DNA of 64,000 nt from a bacterium (lineage in GTDB: Bacteria > Zhuqueibacterota > Zhuqueibacteria > Residuimicrobiales > Krinioviventaceae). The notes under the pieces are model-generated. The model ran no database searches, was not told the DNA's origin, and saw only the letters and a program-made list of their open reading frames with translations. Within the stretch, counting starts at the first letter, position 1, and each line of letters begins with the position of its first letter. Positions 1 through 9,050 of this stretch are shown one piece after another. Position numbers and translations under genes: made by a program. Where the stretch lies: contig CAXXMD010000002.1 of the NCBI GenBank assembly GCA_963675755.2, positions 800,001 to 864,000 of the forward strand, given 5' to 3'.

Positions 1-835
1 CAGAAGGATGAGCGCTTCCGGCATGATAGAGCTTTTTATTATGATAATCTACCTTTATGGATTGTATAGTCAAAAATAATCCGGTTTGTGAAAAAGAATC
101 AAAGAAAAAAGCATTAAGTTGATGTAATAATTCTTTGGGATCCAATCCCTCGCGAACCAATTTATTTATTTCACTGCAAACACGATTCACAAGAAGCGCT
201 GCGGCAATACCATGCCCGGTTACATCAATAATGGTCATATAGAAATGACCATTATTATCATCATATACATCCGCAAAATCACCGCCAATGCCTATCATTG
301 GCAAATATTCAACACCAAATGCTATATTTTCATTTTCAAACTCCAGGGGCACCAAACTGTTTTGGACACGCTTTGCAAGATTTAAATCTTTTTCAATCAT
401 GGTATGAAATTCTTCAATCTCGCGTTTTTGATGCTCTACAAGCATTTCCATACGACGTTGCTCCAGAGCCTTTTCAATACGAACCAGAAAAGTTTCATTA
501 TTAAAGGGTTTTGTTAAATAATCATATGCACCCTCTTGCATCGCCTGGACTGCAGTTGAAATACTTCCATATCCGGTTAAAATGATAACCTGTACATATT
601 TATCAGCTTTTTTGGCTGCCTCTAAAACATCAAGGCCACTTACCTGATACATTTGCAAATCAGTGACAATAACGTCGTATTGTGTTTCAGATATTTTCTC
701 AAGCGCTTTTTCACCTGATTCTGCTTCTTCAACATTAAAAGCTTTGAGTTTTAAAATTTGAATGAACAACCTTCTATTGTAACTGTCATCATCCACTACC
801 AAAATTTGGGGTAAATCTACATTATTTAAACTCAT
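1..835 (-). CDS. Response-regulator receiver + PP2C/SpoIIE phosphatase (3' end runs off the window start; absent from the ORF track)
   Basis: Manual translation from ATG at 835: MSLNNVDLPQILVVDDDSYNRR...YDVIVTDLQMYQVSGLDVL...ILTGYGSISTAVQAMQEGAYDYLTKP (REC). It continues LNLAKRVQNSLVP...IGGDFADV...IIDVTGHGIAAALL...HAGSAHP (SpoIIE motifs). The frame stays open to the window edge. Confidence 0.9.
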   Translation of the reverse strand, partial: MSLNNVDLPQILVVDDDSYNRRLFIQILKLKAFNVEEAESGEKALEKISETQYDVIVTDLQMYQVSGLDVLEAAKKADKYVQVIILTGYGSISTAVQAMQEGAYDYLTKPFNNETFLVRIEKALEQRRMEMLVEHQKREIEEFHTMIEKDLNLAKRVQNSLVPLEFENENIAFGVEYLPMIGIGGDFADVYDDNNGHFYMTIIDVTGHGIAAALLVNRVCSEINKLVREGLDPKELLHQLNAFFFDSFSQTGLFLTIQSIKVDYHNKKLYHAGSAHPS

Positions 836-841
836 AAAAAA

Positions 842-2605
842 CTAACCGATCACTTTAAATCCCAACAAGGTTATATCATCGCTTTGTGCTTCGCCTTTGG
901 TAAACTCGCCCACTTTATTCATTATCAAATTAAGGGTATCCTGAATTTCGAGGTTTTCTTTTTGTGCCTGATGTAACAGCTCTAACAAACGCCATTCCTC
1001 AAATTCCTGCTCCATGCGATTCATAGCCTCTGTCACTCCATCAGTAAACATTAACACCAAATCACCTGAATTTAGTTCAACTGATTGAGTTGCATATTTT
1101 ACATTTGGCATCATACCTAACAACAATCCACCTTCATCAAGTTCAATACAGTCACCATTTTCACGTATTAAATAAGGAGGATTATGGCCTGCATTGCAAT
1201 AAACCATTGTATTATTTTCCAGATCAATTTCTGCATAAAAAAAGGTGATAAATTTATCTAAATTGGTATTTGCATAAATTAAATTATTTAATTTAGAAAC
1301 CAAAGCGTTAATATCAGTATTGGTCATTAAAAGGCTGTGCAAACCAGCATGTAAATTAGACATTAGCAATGATGCCGGAGCACCTTTTCCAGAAACATCA
1401 CCAATTGCAAGGGCAATTTTATTTTCATCGAGTTTGATGCAATCAAAATAATCACCACCCACTTCACGAGAAGGGATATTTAATCCATTTATATGCAAAT
1501 GAGCAGATTCGGGAAAAGATTCAGGAAATAATCGCTGTTGAATTTCTCGTGCAATATTTAACTCTTCTTCCATCCGTTGTTTTTCCAGTGTAACATCGAA
1601 TAGATTTGCATTTTCAATAGAGATCATTGCCTGGTTACAGAGCGTTGAAAGAAATCCTATATCGTCATCATCATATATTGCTTTATTAATCTTTTCACCT
1701 AAAAGCAGCATTCCTTTGGTTTGATCTTGAATACGCATGGGAATAACAACTTTGATATTAAAATCACGTAGAGCATGCATTTCTCTGGTTAAAACGGTTT
1801 CATCAATTTTCATTACTGAATTAATGTTCCCAAGATTCTTTAAAAATTCAGCATCCGTAAAACTTTTAACATCTTGAAGGGTTTTTTCAGCCCCCTTGTA
1901 TTCAAAAAGTTCAAGTGCATCTGTATTTTCTAAAAAAACATAACAACGGGTGGCAAACATTTCACCCATTATTGCATATATTAATAAATTAACAATTTTT
2001 TTCTTATCCAGAGTAGAGTTGAGCTCTTTGCCAATATCAAACAAGGTGTTCAACTCTTGAATTTTTTTATCTAATTTTTTATTTACTGTTAATAATTTTT
2101 GCACAATTAATGCATTCTCTATAGCAGTTGATGCTATATTGGTAAGTAAATTTAAAAAATCGAGCTCATTTTTTGCATAGGGATTACCGGTTATCTTTTT
2201 ACCAAGAGCAAGAATTCCTATTAACCGGTCTTTGGTTTTTATTGGTAACAAAATTTCAATTTCAAGGGACTGAAACAATTCTTTTAATTTACATTGAGCA
2301 ATATTGAGTTCATTCAATAAAATGGGTTGTTCAAAATGATATTCTATAGTATATGTTTTCCCAACCAGATCTTTATCCAATCCTTTAACAACCTGAATAC
2401 TGAATGTTTTTTTGTCATCTACAATTAATACCAATCCACGTGAAATCATCATTCTGCCCATTGGAGTGAGCAACAGATTATTTAATATGGTAGGCAAATC
2501 AAGCGAAGAATTGAGAATTTTACCTGTTTCAAACAAGGATCTCAATTCAACGTGTTGCTGATCAATTTCTAAATGTAAAGCTTTACTGGAATCAGAATCT
2601 GCCAT
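842..2605 (-). CDS. GAF-GAF-PP2C/SpoIIE serine phosphatase (RsbU-like)
   Basis: Two GAF-like repeats (LLPIKTKDRLIGILALG..., VIPMRIQDQTKGMLLLG...). PP2C motifs VGGDYFD, IGDVSGKG, NAGHNPP, FTDGVTEA, QSDDITL. Confidence 0.92.
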   Translation of the reverse strand: MADSDSSKALHLEIDQQHVELRSLFETGKILNSSLDLPTILNNLLLTPMGRMMISRGLVLIVDDKKTFSIQVVKGLDKDLVGKTYTIEYHFEQPILLNELNIAQCKLKELFQSLEIEILLPIKTKDRLIGILALGKKITGNPYAKNELDFLNLLTNIASTAIENALIVQKLLTVNKKLDKKIQELNTLFDIGKELNSTLDKKKIVNLLIYAIMGEMFATRCYVFLENTDALELFEYKGAEKTLQDVKSFTDAEFLKNLGNINSVMKIDETVLTREMHALRDFNIKVVIPMRIQDQTKGMLLLGEKINKAIYDDDDIGFLSTLCNQAMISIENANLFDVTLEKQRMEEELNIAREIQQRLFPESFPESAHLHINGLNIPSREVGGDYFDCIKLDENKIALAIGDVSGKGAPASLLMSNLHAGLHSLLMTNTDINALVSKLNNLIYANTNLDKFITFFYAEIDLENNTMVYCNAGHNPPYLIRENGDCIELDEGGLLLGMMPNVKYATQSVELNSGDLVLMFTDGVTEAMNRMEQEFEEWRLLELLHQAQKENLEIQDTLNLIMNKVGEFTKGEAQSDDITLLGFKVIG

Positions 2606-3117
2606 TACTTTTCCTTACCCTTGTCATGCAATTCCGAATCCTGAGCATTTATAAAATATTTGACCATGGTCACCTGGTTATTTTTTCCAGGATTGATATC
2701 ATAAACCACATCATCCATTAGTGTTTTCATTAAATAAATACCCAATCCACCAACCTTGAGCTCTGCAAGATATTGTTTTAAATCAGGAATTTTGATTGAT
2801 TTGGGATCGAATCCTTTACCATGATCAGTGACTACAAGCGTAAACTTTTGATAATCTACCTTGATAACAATATCCAGTGTGCTTTCTTTATTGTCTTTGG
2901 AATACGCATGTTTGATTACATTGGTGCAGGCTTCGTCACATGCAAGTTCAATCTTGTTCACTTCTTCAGCATCAAAACCAACCTTGTCGGCAACTTTGCC
3001 TACGAATCCTCTTATCAACTCCAAATTATCTGTCTGACTGGGAATTCGAAGAGTGTACTCTCCTTCCAGTTTTGGAGCAATTGGCTGTTGTTTTTTCTTT
3101 TCAGCAGTATTTGTCAT
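2605..3117 (-). CDS. rsbW: Anti-sigma factor serine kinase, RsbW-like (HATPase_c_2)
   Basis: N box LACDEACTNVIKHAY, G1 VTDHGKGFD, G2 GGLGIYLMKTLMD; adjacent to a STAS gene. Confidence 0.88.
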   Translation of the reverse strand: MTNTAEKKKQQPIAPKLEGEYTLRIPSQTDNLELIRGFVGKVADKVGFDAEEVNKIELACDEACTNVIKHAYSKDNKESTLDIVIKVDYQKFTLVVTDHGKGFDPKSIKIPDLKQYLAELKVGGLGIYLMKTLMDDVVYDINPGKNNQVTMVKYFINAQDSELHDKGKEK

Positions 3118-3135
3118 AACATTTCAACCTGTTAT

Positions 3136-3483
3136 TTAACTGTTAAATTTTTCAATAGCTTCTTCTTCAGTATCAACAATATCATATAATGTAGGAAAAC
3201 CGAGAAGATCGAATACTCTGAATATTTTGGGTGTCATATCGGACATTTTAATATCACCATCATGATTTCGGATATTCTCAATAAAGCCCATAAACACGCC
3301 CAATCCCGCGCTACTGATATATGACAATTCTTTAAAATTGACTAGAATTTTAAATTGCTCTGTATCAATGATTTTTTGGATTGCACTTTCCAATTCAGGG
3401 GCAGTATGCGCGTCCAAAAAGCCACCGATATATAAAACAGCAATTCCTCCTTTTTCTTCTCGGTTAATTGTAAAATTTTCCAT
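3136..3483 (-). CDS. rsbV: Anti-sigma factor antagonist (STAS domain), RsbV-like
   Basis: GFLDAHTAPELE and LSYISSAGLG (phospho-Ser motif). Start moved from 3501 to ATG 3483, which has GGAGGA upstream. Confidence 0.9.
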   Translation of the reverse strand: MENFTINREEKGGIAVLYIGGFLDAHTAPELESAIQKIIDTEQFKILVNFKELSYISSAGLGVFMGFIENIRNHDGDIKMSDMTPKIFRVFDLLGFPTLYDIVDTEEEAIEKFNS

Positions 3484-3523
3484 TAATTCCTCCTGAATCA
3501 ATTAATATTTTAGAGTATAGGTC

Positions 3524-5614
3524 TTATAAGACCTTAATCACAACAAATGTTAAATCATCTGTTGTGTTTTCTCCATCAAAGAACGTATAAATCTCGTGTA
3601 TGATCTGTTTTTTTATTTCTGCGGCTGATAAATGATGCAATTGCGCAAAGGCTTTTCCTAAACGTTCTTCACCAAATTCTTCACCGCTTCTGTTTCTGGC
3701 TTCAGTAACTCCATCAGTATAAAGTAAAAAAGTATGGCCGGTTTTTAGGGGCATTTTTAGCTGCTTTAATGTTTTCTCAAAGAGATTTCCGGAATCCAAT
3801 CCTACACCTAATCCTGAAGGCTCTAGTAATTCATAATCAAATTTACCTGTAGATGCAAACAAAATAGGACAATGACCTGCTCTGCAAAATGTAAATGTCT
3901 TTTTCTTAACATCAATTATACCATAAACCAGACTAATAAAGGTATTTCTATCAAAATTTTTATACAAGATGTTATTGGTGGGTATGAGCAGGTTTTTAGG
4001 AGTTTCATTTGCCCTGGCAAGAGCTTCCATGATCCCCTTCACTTCTGCCATATAAAAGGCAGCAGATGGACCTTTACCGGAAACATCACCAATTACCACA
4101 CCCAGGCGATCATCATCGATTTTGAAAAAATCATAATAATCACCACCAACTTCATTGGCAGTAATACAAACAGCATCTAACTCTATGCCTTCCAATTGGG
4201 GCATATCTTTGGGCAATAATTTCATTTGAGCTTCATGAGCAATACGAAGTTCCTGCTCGAGCCGTTCTTTAACGATTGATTCTTCAACCAACCTGGCATT
4301 TTCAATAGCCACAACAGCTTGTTCACAAAACGCACGCAGCATATCAACGTCATCTACTTCAAAGCCAAATTCTATTCGCTTCCCGGCATATAAAAATCCT
4401 ATTACCTTTTCATTATGAATCAAAGGTAAAACCAAAAGTGAGTGACAATCATGTTTCCATTTGCACAATTTCTTGGCAATAGGACTCTTTAAAGATTGAT
4501 TATTTAAAAAAGGCTCTTTATTGGTCTTTAACCATTCAGAAAGTGGATCATGAAATGACGGCTGCCTTCGTTTCAATTCTGAAGGCGAAAGATGCTTGGA
4601 CGATACAAGTTGTAATTCATTGGTCTTTGTATCCAGCAATTCGAGCCAGGAAAAATCCGCTTCGGTTACTTCTGTAGCAAGATTCACAATGGTAACAACA
4701 AGTTTGTTTATATCAAACTCGGAGCTCACTGCCCTGCTTAAATGATGAAAAGAAGAAATTTGTCTTATTTTTCTATCATACAATTGCGCTGTTGGCAAAT
4801 GACCAAGTAATGCAAAAAAAGCAATAATAATATATATAGTTAAAAAGATAATACTGGAATCAACAAACTTGCCCAATACAGGACTAAAAGAATAAACCGG
4901 ATTCAGTTTGTGAAATAAATAACCAAAATAAAACTGGATTGGAATCAGTATAAATCCACCCCAAAAACAGGCCAATTTCTGTTTGCGATTCAAATAGTTG
5001 ATCCAGGAGACACGGAAAGAATTGAAAACCATCAAATTGATGAGAATAAATAATATTACATATTCCAGATTATTAAAAAATCCTTTGTCAAGCCATGAAA
5101 ACTGTCTCAAGGTTTCCGGCAAACTGAATAACGGGTACAATAATAAAAAAATCATCAACCAGGTAAAATTACGGGCGGTAGATTTTTTACGTTTGATATA
5201 TATTAAATTACGTAACGTACCCAGGCTGATAAGCACAAATATAGTAACAAAAAATGTCCAGGATAATACAAAAATATAATTTCCGGCACTTGAATAGATT
5301 GCTTTATTGCCCTCATCAAAGTCAAACAAGAAATCCAAACGATCATTGGAAATAATCAATAACAAACAGGTAAATAATATCAAAAAGAAAAGCGAGCGTA
5401 ACCCACGTAACACATTTCGGTCAGAAGCCCATTTTTGTTTATAAACAAGAGGTAATGAAAGGATTAAAGCAAAAATAATAAAATATTCACGGATATAGAT
5501 AGCCGTTACCGGTGGTCCATCGCTCATGGCCATCATGTTCATATCCTGCACTACTGCTGCAATGAGCAATGCAAGGGGTAATAATAATGATAATTTACTG
5601 ATTTCTTTCATCAT
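3524..5614 (-). CDS. Multi-pass membrane GAF + PP2C/SpoIIE phosphatase
   Basis: About 8 hydrophobic segments in the N-terminal 270 aa, one GAF, then VGGDYYD, IGDVSGKG, RAGH, YTDGVTEA, DDLT. Confidence 0.9.
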   Translation of the reverse strand: MMKEISKLSLLLPLALLIAAVVQDMNMMAMSDGPPVTAIYIREYFIIFALILSLPLVYKQKWASDRNVLRGLRSLFFLILFTCLLLIISNDRLDFLFDFDEGNKAIYSSAGNYIFVLSWTFFVTIFVLISLGTLRNLIYIKRKKSTARNFTWLMIFLLLYPLFSLPETLRQFSWLDKGFFNNLEYVILFILINLMVFNSFRVSWINYLNRKQKLACFWGGFILIPIQFYFGYLFHKLNPVYSFSPVLGKFVDSSIIFLTIYIIIAFFALLGHLPTAQLYDRKIRQISSFHHLSRAVSSEFDINKLVVTIVNLATEVTEADFSWLELLDTKTNELQLVSSKHLSPSELKRRQPSFHDPLSEWLKTNKEPFLNNQSLKSPIAKKLCKWKHDCHSLLVLPLIHNEKVIGFLYAGKRIEFGFEVDDVDMLRAFCEQAVVAIENARLVEESIVKERLEQELRIAHEAQMKLLPKDMPQLEGIELDAVCITANEVGGDYYDFFKIDDDRLGVVIGDVSGKGPSAAFYMAEVKGIMEALARANETPKNLLIPTNNILYKNFDRNTFISLVYGIIDVKKKTFTFCRAGHCPILFASTGKFDYELLEPSGLGVGLDSGNLFEKTLKQLKMPLKTGHTFLLYTDGVTEARNRSGEEFGEERLGKAFAQLHHLSAAEIKKQIIHEIYTFFDGENTTDDLTFVVIKVL

Positions 5615-5676
5615 ATCCGCTTTTTTGTTCTATACGTTGATACGAATAAGCATATAAATAGTTACAATTATGTATG

Positions 5677-8061
5677 TCAAGTGAGTTTGAATATCAGCAT
5701 AGTCATATCGTCATGCTGTGGCGATGATTTTGTAAAAGCTTTAACTTTAACATTTATAAAATCAAGTAATTCTTTTGCTGTAGCATCATGATTATTGTGA
5801 ACAATTTCCTCAAGCATGGCTTCACTGAATTCGTGGTGATCTTTGTCCATAGCTTCTGAAAATCCATCTGTATAAAGAACCAATACATCACCTTTTGAAA
5901 GTGATACTGATTCTTCGGTTATAATTTTTTCAAATACAGGGCCTTTATCTAAACCAAGAGCCAGTCCGGGCGGACAAATAGTGCGTGTTTCATGATTACT
6001 TTTAAATATTAAAGGATTGTGCCCTGCTCTGGCGAATGTAAAAGTATATTTTTCAAGATCAAATACACCATAGATCATACTTATAAAATGACTTCTTTCA
6101 ACATTTTCATAAAACAGACTGTTGATTTCTGTCAAAACTTTTTGGGGCGAAAAAAGAGTTCGGGTTAATGACCGAATAAAACCTTTGGTCAAAGTCATAT
6201 AAAACGCTGCCGAAATACCTTTACCGGAAACATCGCCTATTACAATGCCCAGCTTTTTGTCACTATATTGAATAAAATCATAATAGTCGCCTCCTACTTC
6301 TTCAGCAGGATAGCAGATGCTGGCAATCTCCAGATTATTGATATGTGGATGAGAACGTGGTAAAAAATTGAGTTGTACGCGTTTCGCAATCTCAAGTTCT
6401 CTTTTTAAACGTTCCCTGTCGAGAATTCGCTTTACATGTTTGGGTGTAAATTGCACCAAATCATCTTTGCTTAAATCATTGCGAATTCCAATTAAAGAAC
6501 TGAATGCCATAATGAGTATTATCAACAGGAAAACACTCCCAGCCAGAACAAATGCCAAATGTTCAAAATGAAACATGCGGAGAGCTTCAAAAGTCAGTAA
6601 ATATACAAAATATGTTGTCAAAGAAGTCAAAAAATCATATTTCATAAATATGATTACAAAATATATTCCGGATATAAAATAAAACAAAGCGATAAACCAG
6701 GCAGGAGATGCTACAATATCATTAGGATTCGAACGTAATGCCCAAAATATTGCAACAATGAGAACAATCCATCTTTTCTTTGCGAAAAATCGTGCAAAAA
6801 AAGATGACAAAAATAAAACAAAAACAAATTGGATCCATATAGTCTCAGTAATAATCTTGCCAATTCTAAACAAAAACGGTGAATGACTATTAAGATCACG
6901 TATATCACTGCTGTATGGTACAAAATCAATAAATGTGAAAGATTGTGCTAGTTTGAACAATAAAATTGAAAAACCGGCAAAAATAATTCCCAAAGCGATT
7001 CCATGCAAGACAGATGATCCGGTAAAAGGATTGTAGAGTTTTCGATTTGTTGCGAGATCAAAGCTGAACAACTTTTCGTTCCAGGCATCACGTGTAATGG
7101 CATCAGCACAAGAGACAACAATTACACAAATAAAACCAGAAAACAAGGGTCCCAATATTAAACCACCCACCATTCTGCCTGTATCAACAGTTTGTGGCTG
7201 GAGCAAGAATTCTAATAAAACGGAAATAAACATCAAAATACCAAGAGGCAAAGCAGATTTAAGAGAAAGCTCATCATCCCTTAGCTTTTTAATAAAAATA
7301 TAGATAAAAGCACCGCTTATAACCAGGAATAATAACAGAACTGAAAACATTCGGTTCATAAAAGAACCTTCATCTGCTATATTTTCATAAACAAATTCGT
7401 AACGTCCAACCTTATCACCAATAAGATCAATTTCAATATTAACTGGAAGTTCAGCAATTTCACCAATACTGTAAATGACGGAATAATCTGTACGGGTATC
7501 CCGGGTTTGCTGCTTAATTCGTAAAAACTCAGTTTTACTACCAAATTTAGCAGCAATTAAAGAATCTGCAATTAATTTGGCAGTTTCCTGACTTATGCTT
7601 GACAGCATACTATCTTCGTAAGCTTCAATCCAGAATGATATTTCTTCTCCTGATTGATTTAGATTCAAACCAATCCTTTTAATCCAACCCGGGAAATCAT
7701 TATTTATTAGAGAATTCGAATCTAAAGAAGCATTAGCATTGGTCGTCCACATAATTGACCAATAATATGCAGGTAGATTGTGTGACATGTAATATTCAAC
7801 ACTGTCATAATCAGTAAAATATTTACTGATATACCGAAGTAAACCTTTTCTGACTCTTAATTCAGTGACAATTTCATTGTCACCTGAAGAATATCCCCAT
7901 TCAGCAAGGCTTTGTTCCGCAAGCTGTTCAATTTGATCACGATTTAATTTAAAAGACAGATGCGCAGATGGAAACAGTAATGAATACCATGAAACAAGTA
8001 TGGAGACTGCTATAACGGTAAATAGTAGGTATACTAGAGTTTTAGAGTTGATATTTTTCAT
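5677..8061 (-). CDS. Membrane sensor PP2C/SpoIIE phosphatase with an extracytoplasmic domain and a multi-TM region
   Basis: N-terminal TM, about 200 aa soluble region, about 9 TM segments, then VGGDYYD, IGDVSGKG, RAGHNP, YTDGFSEA, QHDDMT. Confidence 0.9.
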   Translation of the reverse strand: MKNINSKTLVYLLFTVIAVSILVSWYSLLFPSAHLSFKLNRDQIEQLAEQSLAEWGYSSGDNEIVTELRVRKGLLRYISKYFTDYDSVEYYMSHNLPAYYWSIMWTTNANASLDSNSLINNDFPGWIKRIGLNLNQSGEEISFWIEAYEDSMLSSISQETAKLIADSLIAAKFGSKTEFLRIKQQTRDTRTDYSVIYSIGEIAELPVNIEIDLIGDKVGRYEFVYENIADEGSFMNRMFSVLLLFLVISGAFIYIFIKKLRDDELSLKSALPLGILMFISVLLEFLLQPQTVDTGRMVGGLILGPLFSGFICVIVVSCADAITRDAWNEKLFSFDLATNRKLYNPFTGSSVLHGIALGIIFAGFSILLFKLAQSFTFIDFVPYSSDIRDLNSHSPFLFRIGKIITETIWIQFVFVLFLSSFFARFFAKKRWIVLIVAIFWALRSNPNDIVASPAWFIALFYFISGIYFVIIFMKYDFLTSLTTYFVYLLTFEALRMFHFEHLAFVLAGSVFLLIILIMAFSSLIGIRNDLSKDDLVQFTPKHVKRILDRERLKRELEIAKRVQLNFLPRSHPHINNLEIASICYPAEEVGGDYYDFIQYSDKKLGIVIGDVSGKGISAAFYMTLTKGFIRSLTRTLFSPQKVLTEINSLFYENVERSHFISMIYGVFDLEKYTFTFARAGHNPLIFKSNHETRTICPPGLALGLDKGPVFEKIITEESVSLSKGDVLVLYTDGFSEAMDKDHHEFSEAMLEEIVHNNHDATAKELLDFINVKVKAFTKSSPQHDDMTMLIFKLT

Positions 8062-8078
8062 CTGCTTTAGAATTAGAA

Positions 8079-8360
8079 TTAACCGGCGTTATAGACATCT
8101 GTAACAATCCTGAAAATCTTCAGAACGTCTCCTTTAATTTCTGTTGCCCCAAATAATTTTGTTGCCTCGAGAGCAATTTTCCAATCCATTTCTGAAACAG
8201 ATAACAGATTTATTTTATCAAATCTGCCTAAAACTTTTTTGTACAAGGTTAATTTGTCAGCGGGAATTTTGGCTTCATTTTTAACCAAGTATTCTTTCAT
8301 ACGATTTGTACATGAAGCTAATAATTTTTGACTTTCAATTATCTCTTTCTGGCTGAGCAT
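8079..8360 (-). CDS. Hypothetical protein (93 aa)
   Basis: Co-oriented ORF filling the gap, with AGGAAG upstream of the ATG; no recognisable motif. Confidence 0.6.
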   Translation of the reverse strand: MLSQKEIIESQKLLASCTNRMKEYLVKNEAKIPADKLTLYKKVLGRFDKINLLSVSEMDWKIALEATKLFGATEIKGDVLKIFRIVTDVYNAG

Positions 8361-8451
8361 ATACTGCTTCCTTGTTTTTCAAACAATTTTTTAATTGAAT
8401 TCAACATAAGTTACACAAATACATTAATTTAATCAAGCAAAATCAAACATT

Positions 8452-9024
8452 TTATTTACCGGGTTCGGTAAATATTTGAGCAGAAAAAATAAAAATATCC
8501 GCATTTTGATCTTTCCAGGCACTTTCCTTCAACCCTGCTTTTATACAGGTATGCTGTAAAAAAGTTTCAACATCCCACTCATTTTCTGTTGCAACCTGTG
8601 GTAATAAAAGACCTCTACGATAACCTTTTTCAATATAAAGCCCATGTTCACCAATGTGAATCTCTTCAATAGATGATAAGCGGTGCATAGGTGTTAAAAC
8701 TGATATCTCTATTTCCAAATCATCAACTTCATGCTTTTCAACGGGATCAAAGCGAGGATCACGCAATGCAGCAGCTTCTGCCATCTCCATTATCGTTTCA
8801 AGCAATGGTTTAACTGCCTGCACATACCCTATACATCCACGCAGTTGTTTATTTTTATGTAAAGTTACAAATGCACCAAATTTTTCATTAAATACAGTGT
8901 GTTGATAATCTTTATTCATTACAGGACGCTGTTGGTGAGTAACTGCTCCAATAGTTTCTCTGGCAATTTGTAATAATGTTGTTTGTTCTTCAAGACTTAG
9001 AATATCTATTACCTGACTATTCAT
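8452..9024 (-). CDS. amrA: AmmeMemoRadiSam system protein A (AMMECR1 domain), stand-alone, no signal peptide
   Basis: GAFVTLHKNKQLRGCIG, AALRDPRF, EISVLTP, GLLLPQVA, CIKAGL. Confidence 0.92.
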   Translation of the reverse strand: MNSQVIDILSLEEQTTLLQIARETIGAVTHQQRPVMNKDYQHTVFNEKFGAFVTLHKNKQLRGCIGYVQAVKPLLETIMEMAEAAALRDPRFDPVEKHEVDDLEIEISVLTPMHRLSSIEEIHIGEHGLYIEKGYRRGLLLPQVATENEWDVETFLQHTCIKAGLKESAWKDQNADIFIFSAQIFTEPGK

Positions 9025-9050
9025 GATATTCTCCTCTTTTTATATAAATA

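Noticed and set aside
298-504. 68-aa plus-strand ORF and the many other short ORFs nested in or antisense to long genes (e.g. 2821..3189, 39900..40316, 43522..44097)
   Set aside because: They overlap well-supported genes and have no recognisable motifs; they are typical shadow ORFs.
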